Position numbers and translations under genes: made by a program | Source of the DNA: Takakia lepidozioides | Lineage: Eukaryota > Plantae > Bryophyta | Length of the DNA: 64,000 nt | Assembly: GCA_030704615.1 (NCBI GenBank) | Contig: CM060733.1 | Span: 72,602,001 to 72,666,000, forward strand | Direction: 5' to 3' | Part shown: positions 13,720 to 24,600 of the stretch, in pieces | Position numbering within the stretch: position 1 is the stretch's first letter | How the letters are laid out: the number at the start of each line of letters is the position of its first letter | Notes under the pieces: model-generated | The model's input: only the letters and a program-made list of their open reading frames with translations | What the model was told of the DNA's origin: nothing | Databases searched by the model: none

Positions 13720-13910
13720 TAATAATAATAATATATAACATATGACGTCTCCTGAACGGTAAATTATGGTGTCTCTTGACCCCCAAGGGCTAGTTGCTGG
13801 CTTCCAGCAGGAAGATGAACACCTTTGTGACACCAATCGGTGGATTGAACCCACAACCACTTCCGAGGTGGTATGTGCCCATTACAACTGGGCTACAACT
13901 TGGTTATCAT
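13720..13910 (-). mobile_element. tRNA-derived SINE (diverged copy)
   Basis: Minus strand has A-box-like GTAGCCCAGTTG and B-box GGTTCAATCC. Body is shared with the copies at 20534 and 35915; AT-rich tail. Confidence 0.75.
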
Positions 13911-14348
13911 TGGGACAATATACTCTTTCGCATGTGCCTGTGGGATATGCATTATTGTCTAACATTGTTATCTGTCCTATGGCTCGAGAGTAGCACAAAT
14001 GTAACAGATGCGGCCTAGCCACATCGCATTGCTAACGTATGTTAGGCTAATGCTAACTATTGCTAAATAAAAATTTCGGCCGCACTACCTTGCTATAAAT
14101 ATTTTAGCTCTAACTATTGCTATCTACTCTTAAATAATCCTTCATAGTTTATAGCAACTTTAGCAGTACCCCCCTCCTAGTGCTAAATCTAAACTGGCGC
14201 GCCATTTTCGGGCAGTTGTCCGCGTCATTTCGCCTTTTCGCCATCTTCGCCATCTCCTTCTCCTTCGTGCTTTGCTTTTTTTTTTGCTTTGTAGTTCTTT
14301 TTGCTCCTTCTCTGTTGTTTGTTGTTGTTGTGCTCATGTATTCCACAT

Positions 14349-14590
14349 CATGTCTACGACAACGACAACATCAGATAGGTTAGATAGTGCAACAGGAGAT
14401 GTAATGGATTCACATGCAGGGGAAGTGCATGCGACTGAGATTCATCTTGGGAGGAGACCTAGACCTGGAAAGAGACCAAGACACACAAATTGGTCTGACA
14501 ATGTGATGCATTGGCTTGCTATGACAAAGAAAGAGGAATGGGAGGCTTGGAAGACAACCAGTGCGAAGTGGCATAGGCAGCCTTCACCAC
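14349..14590 (+). pseudogene. Possible Myb/SANT (trihelix-like) fragment, as in Harbinger accessory ORFs
   Basis: GKRPRHTNWSDNVMHWLAMTKKEEW..SAKW has Myb-like Trp spacing and is cut off by the LTR element fragment. Confidence 0.35.
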
Positions 14591-15652
14591 ATTTCTTAGG
14601 GTCCCACCAAACTGAGCCAAAAGCCCTTCCGAAAGGCTTGTGGCATTTTAGGCATTTGTTGGTCCAATGGAGCCTTCGGAGGATCCTCGGGCTCCGACTC
14701 CTCAAATGTTCCTTGCTCTTGAGCGGCCTCACCTTCAGCTTGCCTCTTCCGCTCGCCGCTCCGGTGCCGCGTTGCCCCCACCGGGCTCACTAGGAGTTGA
14801 TCTACCAAGTGTCGCGCACGTCACTTCGGTAAACTCCCCTTCATGTCATAGTTATTCATTTTAGTGCACGCGCCTAACCCCCAACCTGGCCATCGGGCCA
14901 ACTTGGAGCTTCGGCTGCTCACCGGGACATACAGCCCCCGCTTTGCTCCCCTACGCAACCCTCGACTACGCGGGTTGAGTGGAAATTCCCTTTGGTTGTA
15001 GGCAGTTCGGGCACTTAGTCGCTTTCCAGCTCGCTTGCTTGCTTAACTAGCTTTTGGTCGCTTAACAGGCTTGCACCATTCTCAGGGTTACTACTCCCTA
15101 TATATACTTATGTAGGTGTCGGCGGGGGTCTCACAAGCAGCCCATGTCATTTTTGGTGTACCACCACGGTGATCCTATACTCATTGTAATGAGTCGCGGT
15201 GGTGAGCCTCGGCCCACTCCCCGCGAACCCATTGGCCCGCGGTGAGTCCCGAGACTCCCCCACGACTCCTACCTACTTCCACTAAGCCCACTTGTGAATT
15301 CCCCTCATCTGCTCTAAGCCACCACCAGTCCGCAACCAGCCCAATACTCGGGGTCCCCACCGCCCACCGGTTGGGGAGCCCCGCCCTGTAAGTGTCTCCG
15401 CTCCCTTGGGTGACTTTGCCACCCAAGGACCATTCAGACCCCACTCCCACTGCTACCATTTCCCCCACCATAGGGGCAGCCCCTCATGTGTAACCCCCCA
15501 CCCTTGCCCTCAAGGCAAAAGGCTCCACACACCCCTACCAACAAGGAGTCGATGCCCTCATCGACTTGGCCAATTTCAAAGTTGCCCCCACCAGAGGACA
15601 ACCACTTTGTGTCTTGACTGCTCTTGCCCCTATGAGGCATAGGGTCGCGACA
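14590..15652 (-). mobile_element. 5' LTR (14810-15652) with PBS-like site and start of gag of a truncated Gypsy relative
   Basis: Termini TGTCGCG..CGCGACA; homologous to 3273-3998. On the minus strand the LTR is followed by CTTGGTAGATC (PBS-like TGG) and a gag-like ORF SPVGATRHRSG... No TSD, so not a solo LTR. Confidence 0.75.
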
Positions 15653-17569
15653 CATTTGCCATCCTATCCAAAATTTTCAATAAGTGCTTTCTATTGCATG
15701 TACTTCCCTCTATGCATGCAGGGCAGCAGATAGGCACCTTTTTGGAATGGAGGGAGATTCCAAACTGTATGCCAATGTCATTCCTCCTCTCCTTTAAGGT
15801 TCATCCTCAACCACTCAGTCAAAGGCTGCTGTGGAGGTCAATCAGGGCAAGCATGGCGATAAGGACGTTGATTCTGATTTTTCGTGTGAGTAAGTCCTGC
15901 CTTCCAATGTCTATTTCAAGTTTTTATTTCATATTGTTGTTGCTGCTCATTTCTTTCTCTTTATCTTCTCTCAAACCACCTACGTGATGTTGTCTTAGGA
16001 CTCCCTTGACTTGCACCCGGGGATAGTCCATTTTTATGCCAACAAGGAGTTTTTCCAAAGCCTTATGCAATCTAACAGTGGCAAGACAGCTCGCAGACCA
16101 AGGATCACCCCGTCGGCGGACTTCGGGCCACAATCGTAGAACACATGTATGTTGGTGCTAGGATGTTTGTAGACAATAGTGCAGCTGTAATAGGGGGATA
16201 CCTCTAGTTGCAGCATTGCTTTATCATCTTTTTCGACTTAGAACATTACCTAAATGGATTGAATTTCTTTCTAGGACAGCCTTCGCATGCAAGGATGACA
16301 TGGACCGCAACGATAGTAAATTGGACGGTAGATTTGTCCTACATAATTTTCGAAGCACAAATTTTGGCCTACCTGCTTCAAATTGGATTTTTTTGATTCC
16401 CAAGTTTGTGAGTACAGAGCCAGTCCACACAAAAATAGGTGGAAAAAAAGTGAAATTTTCAGGGAAGGTTTGTTATCATGTGAAGCACACAATTCCCGGG
16501 ACTCTAATATCATATGATGAAAAAACTGCCTGAATTTGGGGGGGGGGGAAGAAAAGAAAAAAAAAGAAAAAACGGTTTTTTATGCCCTTCATTTTTAGGA
16601 AGGATTTTTTTTGGGCCACATCTGAATATTATAATCTTCTAATATGGCAGTTGGATATGGCTGAAAAAATTGGCTCTCATTTTAAAGATAATAGAGTCTT
16701 CAATGCGCCTATGTGCCCCGCCAGTACGGCCCATGGGTGAGCTCCTAAGACCAGTGCCCATCCACCGGGTCCGCCAAAGGGTCCATCGGATAGTCTAGTC
16801 TGTTCTTGAGAGTCTGCTGGAGGGTCCACCGACTCTCCAGAGTCCACTGGAGAGGGTCCACTATGCAGTCTAGTCCGCTGGAGGGTCGATTCTACATGCA
16901 GAGTGGACCGTGAGTCCACCTATAGAGTCCACTGGAGGGTCTGGCCAGTCCGCTAGAAGGTCTGCCGCCGCAAAATAACAAGGACTTAGAAAAATTTCAG
17001 AAAGAACCATTATACAAAATATATATTAATTAATAACACACATTACTGCCACAGGACCACCTGACAACGTTGCTATTAACCACCACACTACCCGCTGCTT
17101 TCTGCAGGGGAATGCTAGTCCGTGAGCAGCTCACGTCAGTGGAAACTTCCGTGAGCAGAATTATGTTCACGTTTTTGGATGACGTCAACCGCATGAGGCC
17201 TATGCCCGCGGACATAAATGTCTCAGAAGGCCTATTTCCGCGAGTAGGAGTTGACAAAATCCGGGTAGTAGTCCCTCATTTTTTGGAAAATAATTTGTCT
17301 GAATGTGGATGAATGTTGGATGAATATGTGATGAATATGTGATGAAAAACTGTACGATGAATGAAGAATGGATGAATGAAAGTTGGCGCCCTCTCTGGAA
17401 GACTGACGAAAATCTAGAATGTGCACGAAAATGCGAAATTCTAGATGAAGTCCATCCTTGTCTACCTTTCATCCAGAAATGAATGAAAGATATTTTCCAT
17501 CCAAGACACAACAAATGCCTAATTTCGGGATGTGAAGTTCTCCTCATATCTTCCAGCTACCAATTCTTC

Positions 17570-18560
17570 TTCGACCTATTTCAGCCTATTTTGCCCTCTC
17601 ATCATATTCAGCCCTGAATTTACATATTGAATGCTAGAAGTTAGCTCGTTGGGTGGATGTGGGGTGATTTGGAGTGACTTTGACAAGTTATTGCTGATGT
17701 GGCAGCAAGAAAGTACCCAAAAACAGATAACAAGATGAAGATAAGCTTTGGAATGAATACTTTTCCGACCCCAGTCAGTGGGGGGACAATGGAGACAAAA
17801 AGGTGAGTGCTTGTTCGACTACAGAGAGAAGCAGTTGCAATTCAGAATTGGAACTACTGTTAAGTAGGGTTGGGGTGTTTTTCTGGAAGAACTTCACGTC
17901 ATCAGTGTCAGCTGCTAGTAGCAAAGCTGAGGGATGTATTCATGATCTGTACACGGGCAGGGATAGCTGAGGGACCAGGGATAGAGGTCCAGATTCATGT
18001 TCAAGTTCAGGCTGAGGAATCAATAGCTACAAGAATCAGCTGGAGTAGATGGTCAATTGTTGCAAGTGGAAACAATAGCGGCAGCAGCACAATTGATAGA
18101 ATGAGATGCTACTTATGAAGACACCTCAACACATTTCAGCTTGTTTTTCCAAGTAGGGTTGGGGTGTTTGCTAGAACAAATCTAGGCTGTCATCGTCAGC
18201 TGCTAGCAGCAAATCCAAAAACATATAACAGAGATGAGGAAAAACTTTGAAATGAACACTTTCCCGACCCCGGTCAATGGTGGGACAATGGAGACCAAAA
18301 GGTGAATGCCTGTTGGATTATAGAGAGAAGCAAATGCATTTCAGATTTGGAACTAGTATTATAAGTAGGGTTGGGTGTTTTCTAGAAGAACTCCACACCG
18401 TCAGTGTCCGCTGCTAGCAACAAGGCAAGGATGTATGCATGATTTGTACAAAGGCAGGGATAGCTGAAGGACCAAGGATAGAGTGTGGGTCTAGATTCAT
18501 CCAAGAGGGTCGGATTTCAAACACAAGATTACTTCTGATTCCCCGTGGATTAATAGCTAT
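17570..18560. repeat. Complex degenerate modular repeat (continues at 21690-22430)
   Basis: Modules CCGACCCCAGTCARTGG..GACAAAAAGGTG, TAGCTGAAGGACCAGGGATAGAG and TTTCAGCCTRTTTTGCCCTCTCAT recur in both blocks. Confidence 0.7.
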
Positions 18561-19149
18561 CAGAAAGTTCTTGAGCTCCTACCCGGATTTCATTGACACA
18601 TGGGCCAACCCATCTGCTCCAAAAATAATGTACACAACAGGCATTTTGGAGGACTGGTCCAGGGCCCACTTCAAGGACTGTGGATGGTACTTGGATCTCC
18701 CCAAGGATCAGACACCAATAGAGGAGAATACCACAGGTACCTCAATGACCATGCGGCGGCGATTGTTCCCCTGACGGACGCTCAGTTGCAGGAAATTAGA
18801 GATCTGCAGGCTCTGAAAGCTAAAGAACTAGGCGAAGGAAGGTCAAGGAGGTTGTAGCAACCCAGAATCCTCCCCAGCTGATCGTAAACCCCCCTGAACC
18901 AGATGCGATACAGAGTGGTGGCCCACAAGGTCCAAAGAGGAGTAGAAAGGAGAGCCACAAAGTCAAGGGTTTCCTAGACATGATGGCTTCTCGAAGGGTG
19001 GGAGCTGGAGTGGAGAAATCGGCGATCTGGGAGAATCTTTCATCTTCCTGACATTGGTTTGTATCCATGATGTTTTATGTCTGTCTTAGCTCTATTCTTG
19101 CTCGTAAGTCTGTTTCAATTCAACAGTTAACTCAATGTTCTATGTTATT

Positions 19150-20520
19150 TTTAGGCTGCAAGAGGTCCATCTTGGGTGAACGGAGAGAAGAAGGATTCAC
19201 ATGTGAGCTGGTGGTCATTGACATTCCTAATGGCCTCCTTGTTCCCGACGTCCCTCCACAAGGAAGTGTTCCGAGCTGGAATGCTTGGGACGATAAGTAC
19301 TGGCCATGGTCTTCAAGTTCTGCGCCTTCTTCTTGTCGAACAATGGGGCTTTGCTTATCCTGTAGGTAGCCAATGCCAAGTGCCGCCGGCAGTTAGCCAG
19401 TTTCCTAAAGTCGGTAGGCATGAAGATAATCAAAACGTGGAACGGTGTGAACAGTCTGTCTCTAACAAAGGGAGACTTCCCAACACAATAGAGACACTGC
19501 TATTTTTGTGCTCACTATCTTCTCACAGTTCCTAGAGGTGGTCTGATGTATAGAGCTTCTATCCAGTTTGTTTGCACTCCACAGGAAGAGTCTGCCATAA
19601 TGGCAGATGGGATGCTTGTGGTGGCACAAGCATCCCCACAGGCACTACGACACCATAGTATAATTTCTTTCTTGTTTTTGCTTTGCTAAAACAGAACATT
19701 GCTGCAATGCCTAGGATGATGCTTGCGCCACTGCAAGCACGTTCCCGAGCACTGCAGATGTATCTTTTTTATTTCACATTCAGCTTGTTATCATAGTCTC
19801 AATTTCAGTATGGTATCCTTTCGTGAGCCATTCAGTGTTGCATGGCAAGGTAGCATGCTTGTGGTGCCGCAAGCATGCTCCCAGGCACTGCGACACTACG
19901 GTGTTGGATGGTGCCCTCATTTCTGCCTCCCGTTCCTCTAATCGCAGACTTGAGCATTTGATGCACATAGTCTTGTGCGGATCCATAATCCTGCAACACC
20001 ATCTTCTGTCACTGAGTTCAGGGTTTGAGAGGGGGGTGGCATATCGACCCCACTTGCGATCTAGTGGGTGACGACCTTGTCTACAACTACGTGGACTCCA
20101 ACCTCACTCTGAAGCGGACATCGGGTGTTCCTTGGAGAGGTGCACGTGAGAAGAGCCCTGCCTTCATGCAGACTCTGATTGAGTCCTTGTAGCGGGCATG
20201 GCACCAGGCTTGTGGATCTTTCCCTTGGCACAAGTACAAAGTGCCTTCTCATTCTCAATTCCAATGTTTAATCTTCAAATTTAATCGATATTACATTCAC
20301 ATTGGCCACTTTACTCACTTCCTATCTACCTCCTCAGGAGCTTCATTCCATGCTTGCAAGGCAGCTGGGCGGCATCATTCAAGGGGGATGCAGATTTGTA
20401 CTCTAATGTGATAGCTCCTCTCCACGAGGGCTCCTCCTCCGCTACGTAGACAAAAGACATTGTCGTTACTAAGCCCTTGTCACCAAAGGATATGGACATA
20501 GATGACGATTTCAACTGTGA
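19150..20520 (+). pseudogene. Spliced beta-class DNA amino-methyltransferase (N6_N4_Mtase)-like gene, decayed (copy 1)
   Basis: Motif IV-like CELVVIDIPNGL (~19220); VFKFCAFFLSNNGALLIL; GVPWRGAREKSPAFMQTLIE (20124). Motif I-like LVDLSLGT|xASFHACKAAGRH is split by an intron at 20234-20337. Contains frameshifts. Confidence 0.6.
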
Positions 20521-20533
20521 GTAAGTCTGCACC

Positions 20534-20707
20534 GACAACCAGCATGTAGCCCAGTGGTAAGGGCATATACCCTCTCACGAGTGGTTGTTGGTTCAATCCA
20601 CCTGTTGGAAGTCATTACGGTGTCCACCTTCCCATCGGAAGGTAGTATCCCTATGGGGTCAAGTGATACCATAAGTTATGCTTGCTTCGGTTTAATTTTA
20701 ATTTTTA
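20534..20707 (+). mobile_element. tRNA-derived SINE, full length
   Basis: A box TAGCCCAGTGG, B box GGTTCAATCC, T-rich tail. 11-bp TSD AAGTCTGCACC/AAGTTTGCACC (one mismatch). Confidence 0.85.
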
Positions 20708-21481
20708 AAGTTTGCACCTCATGTTCATCTTTTTATAATGTTCCTTTTGTTCCCCTTCAGCGTCATCACGCATATTGCCCTTTTTTGCAAATCCGTGATT
20801 TTTTCCAAATCCGCCAGCACCATTCCGCTTGCCAGATTACGCGGAGGCACCAACTCGCCAATTTAGTCTTCTTGCTTCGCCAAGTTCTATGCTCGTCAAC
20901 GACATAAATGTCCATTCCGACCATAATGCCAGGGTCTACTTAGATATTAGTGCCTCAGATACCAATAGAAGTGGGTCCTTGTTTTCCAACTGATGGGAAT
21001 ATACAGTATACTTTTTCCGATTGGATTTCTCTCACATGATGTTTGATTTTCATTGAGAAGTTTTCAGACATGGTGTTGCATTGCCAATAGTTTTCCTCAA
21101 TGTCTGCTTTCAATCCTATGCCTGGTCTATGTCAAATGTCAAGTGCCAGTTGCCACGTTTGGGATCATTAGCAACGACAGTCTTCTTCATAACATTCGGG
21201 AACTCCTAACCTGCACATGCGATTCTACGCTTGAAATTCGAATGCAACAACACCATTCAGTTTGAATTGGCCGTATGCGGGAGCTCTTTCGATATCTGCA
21301 CAAAGTTTTTCCAATCCTTTCTAGCTTCAATTTGGAGGTCCTGGTTAAAGAAAAAGAAGAAAGGTCCTGGCAAGTTGTATTACATCGTGCCTTGTGGTGA
21401 AGAGACACCATAAGTTACGCTCCCTTCGGAAGGCGTTATACTTTATTACATCGTGCTTTCCATGTGCCACAGAACTTCTAA

Positions 21482-21640
21482 GAGTGTGTGTGTGTGTGAG
21501 AGAGGAGAGAGAGAGAGAGAGAGAGATGACTCCGGCCAAATTAACCGGCGTAACTAAGAGCCACTTCGCCTCACACCTACTGCCCCCTTTCGGGGGTGGG
21601 CCCTATAAAGAAAGCAGGTGTCCAGGGGACACCGGGTAAC
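21482..21640 (-). mobile_element. 3' end of a non-LTR retroposon with (TC)n/(AC)n tail
   Basis: Minus strand ...GGCGAAGTGGCTCTTAGTTACGCCGG..CCGGAGTCA(TC)n, the same end as 55629-55682. A SINE-type tail also lies at ~21401-21445 on the plus strand. Confidence 0.65.
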
Positions 21641-24600
21641 AAATGGATAGAGGTAACTAGGGTACCTAGGGTAGGTATCGAGGGGTGATTGGATTCAAGT
21701 TGACATTTAGTGGTTGTAATAGCTATGAGGGAACGAAGTGTTGTGAGGTGTATTGCTTTAATGAACACTCTTCCAACCCCAGTCAATGGTGGAACAATGT
21801 CCAGACAAAAAGGTGCCTGTCGTCGTCAGTGTCAGCTGTTAGTAACAAGGCTGAGGATGTAGCTGAAGGACCAGGGATAGAGGTCCAGATTCATCCAAGA
21901 GGGTCGGATTTCAATCACAAGATTACTTCTGATTCCCTGTGGATCAATAACTACAAGAAATCTGCGTGGATAGATGGTCAACTGGAAACAACAGCAGTAG
22001 CAGCACAATTGATAAAACAAGACACGACTAATGAAGACACCTTCTTCAACACATTTCAGCTTGTTTTTCCCTGTTATCAAAGTCGGCCCTAAATTTTCAT
22101 GTTGAATTCTTCAAGTTACTTTGTTGGTGGATCTATGGTGGTTTTGGAGTGATTTTGACATGTTATTGCCAATGTGGCAACAGGTGTTACAGAAAAACAG
22201 ATAACAGAGACGAGGAGAAGCTCTGGAATGAACTTGTTACCGACCCCAGTCAATGGTGCTGGAACAATCGAGAACAATGTGGTGAGGGCACTTTCTTCTT
22301 CAACCTATTTCAGCCTGTTTTGCCCTCTCATTAGACTCGTCCCTGAATTTGTATGTTGAATCCTGTAATTTAGCTGGTTGGGTGGATCTGTGGTGGTTTT
22401 TAGTGGCTTTGACAAGTTACTGCCGGTTCTTGATTTTGTAGTTGACCTCCACCTGTCGGTACCCCCTAAGTCAATGCCAAGCCATGGTGACTATGTGCAT
22501 TAACTGTAGAGCTTGTGAAGTTCAATCGCGATGAAGTTTCCGTGCTTCTGCTTGTAAATCAACTCCTTCATCCTACCAATGTCGATATGGGATTTTGTGA
22601 GGAAGAAGGGTTGATTGACAATCGGAGGCGTGGAAACTTCATTATACCTTTCCATGAAATGTGCAGCACGGAGGAAAGATCTTAATGAAATTTTGAGCAC
22701 ATAGAGATGATCTTCCATGCAGATAATCTTGCACTCGGCACTTCCACAGCCTGTGAGCAGGTTCTCAATACCATTCCTTCTTTGCATAACAACCAATCTT
22801 TGTAATCACAATGTACTGTGATAACATCGTCGATTTCCTAGGCACGATATTATCGACAGGCAGGTCAGCTCCATGTTGCCTTTACATCAACATGGGGGCG
22901 GGAAGGCATCTTATGCTATAGCTCCTCCCCAAACCACTGCGTTTGGAACAACTTACCCGCGAGTAGTTGGAGGGACATCAGTGGCACCGTCCACCGTCTC
23001 GCCGGAGTTTGACAGAGACATCAATTGGAAACACATCAAACAATCATCAAAAGCCTCCAAGCTTAACTTCCTCTAATTGTTGTCCTAATCCTTAGTTATC
23101 ATAATGCAACATAGGCATAGATCTCTTCAGATTCGTGCAGATTCTAGTGCTCAACAACTTCATGAGATATAGACATTTCACATAAGGTTTGTATGAAACG
23201 CCGCAAGCCTTGGTAGCTCGAGTCATACTCTTACAGAGTAGCTTCGTTCCCGCCCTTCACTGACTGAAACGTGTGTGCCTCATGGTGTATTTGAGGGTTT
23301 AATTTTTTCCCCTCCAATAATTCCAATAAAATTCCCAGGGCCATTGTCCCCTGTTATCTTTAAAAAAAAATTTAAAAAAAATGCCCACTTGAGTTTTCGT
23401 CGATAAACATCTATAAAAAGTTAATAAACTGCAAAAAATTCAAATGTCATTAGTAGGAGCATAAGTTGACAAGCTGCCTACAATAGATAAATAACTATTG
23501 ATAATGAGTAAATAACACAGTGAACGTTGTAGGTAGACCTAAGCGGCGTAGAGGTAACGGAACTGGTCGGACGGGAGAAAGAACGGAGTGCGAGTAACTG
23601 GGAAACGGGACAAAAGTGAAAACGGTTACTGGTGCTGCGTGCGAACAGGGCGGGAAGTCCAGCGCAGTGTGACCTGACGTCAGGGCGCCGTTAGTGTGCA
23701 AGCCGTCCGTTCACGCCGTTACTTTTAGGCCCACAGTCCTATACATATTAACTCACGGATCTACTGTGGGGCGGTACGCCCCTGCTTTACTCTGCAGCCG
23801 CCACGTCAGCCCTACCTAGACCTCAAAATCGATTCCTAGGTAGGTCAGCCAACTAAGTCGTCGTGTCAAGTGAACCCTGGTTAGACTTCATCCGTGGATG
23901 AATCATCTATGCATTGTGATTTCTGATTGGAGTAGGATAATTGATGAAAGTGTGGTGGGTGCTAAAGCGTAATTGGATGTTAGCAGGATGTGGGTACAAA
24001 AGGCGAGGATCCCAGTGAGGTGTCAGGATTTTGCTGCAGAGTACAATTCCCGGAACAGGTTATGAGGTGTCAGTCCCTTTTGCTCCAGGTTCCCAAACTG
24101 GTGTTCTGCCAGGTGGCATGGTGCCAGTGTCATTTGAGGTGCCAGGCACGCCAATGTGGATGCAAAGGGACCCTGTGGATGAACAAGTCTGAGGTGTCAG
24201 GATGAAAGATGCTGATTTCAGGGATGTGGCTGAGATGATTTTAGAATGGAAAAAATGCAGTCCAAGATTGTTGGTATGAGGAAAAGCTGTTACCAACCCA
24301 AAAATAAAGGGACACAAAAAGACCGCAACAGTTCGAAAGCAAGGGACAAACAGGGTTGCAAGTCGCAACTTAATTCCAATAACAAGCAAAAGGTCAAAGA
24401 GTTTGAATACAGTCCCAAAACCCATTAATGTGTCTTGGGTCGCAGGGCTCCGCTCCTTATCTTGTCGTACCATCATCTCCCATGTGACTCCCCTCATTTA
24501 ATTAAGACATAACTAACTCACACATCCAATTGGATTTACTGTAGGACGTTAGGACAAGTATTTGCATTTGTCCCCATACTAAAATATACTTGAGGATAAA

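Noticed and set aside
15660-16430. Coding-like fragments (also 20750-21390, 22480-23250 and 48800-49700)
   Set aside because: They look like decayed genes, but I could not recognise any domain by eye.
20545-20605. Possible tRNA gene (also 13840-13900 and 36030-36092)
   Set aside because: A and B boxes are present, but there is no complete cloverleaf. All copies carry a shared non-tRNA body and tail, and two have TSDs, so they are SINE heads.
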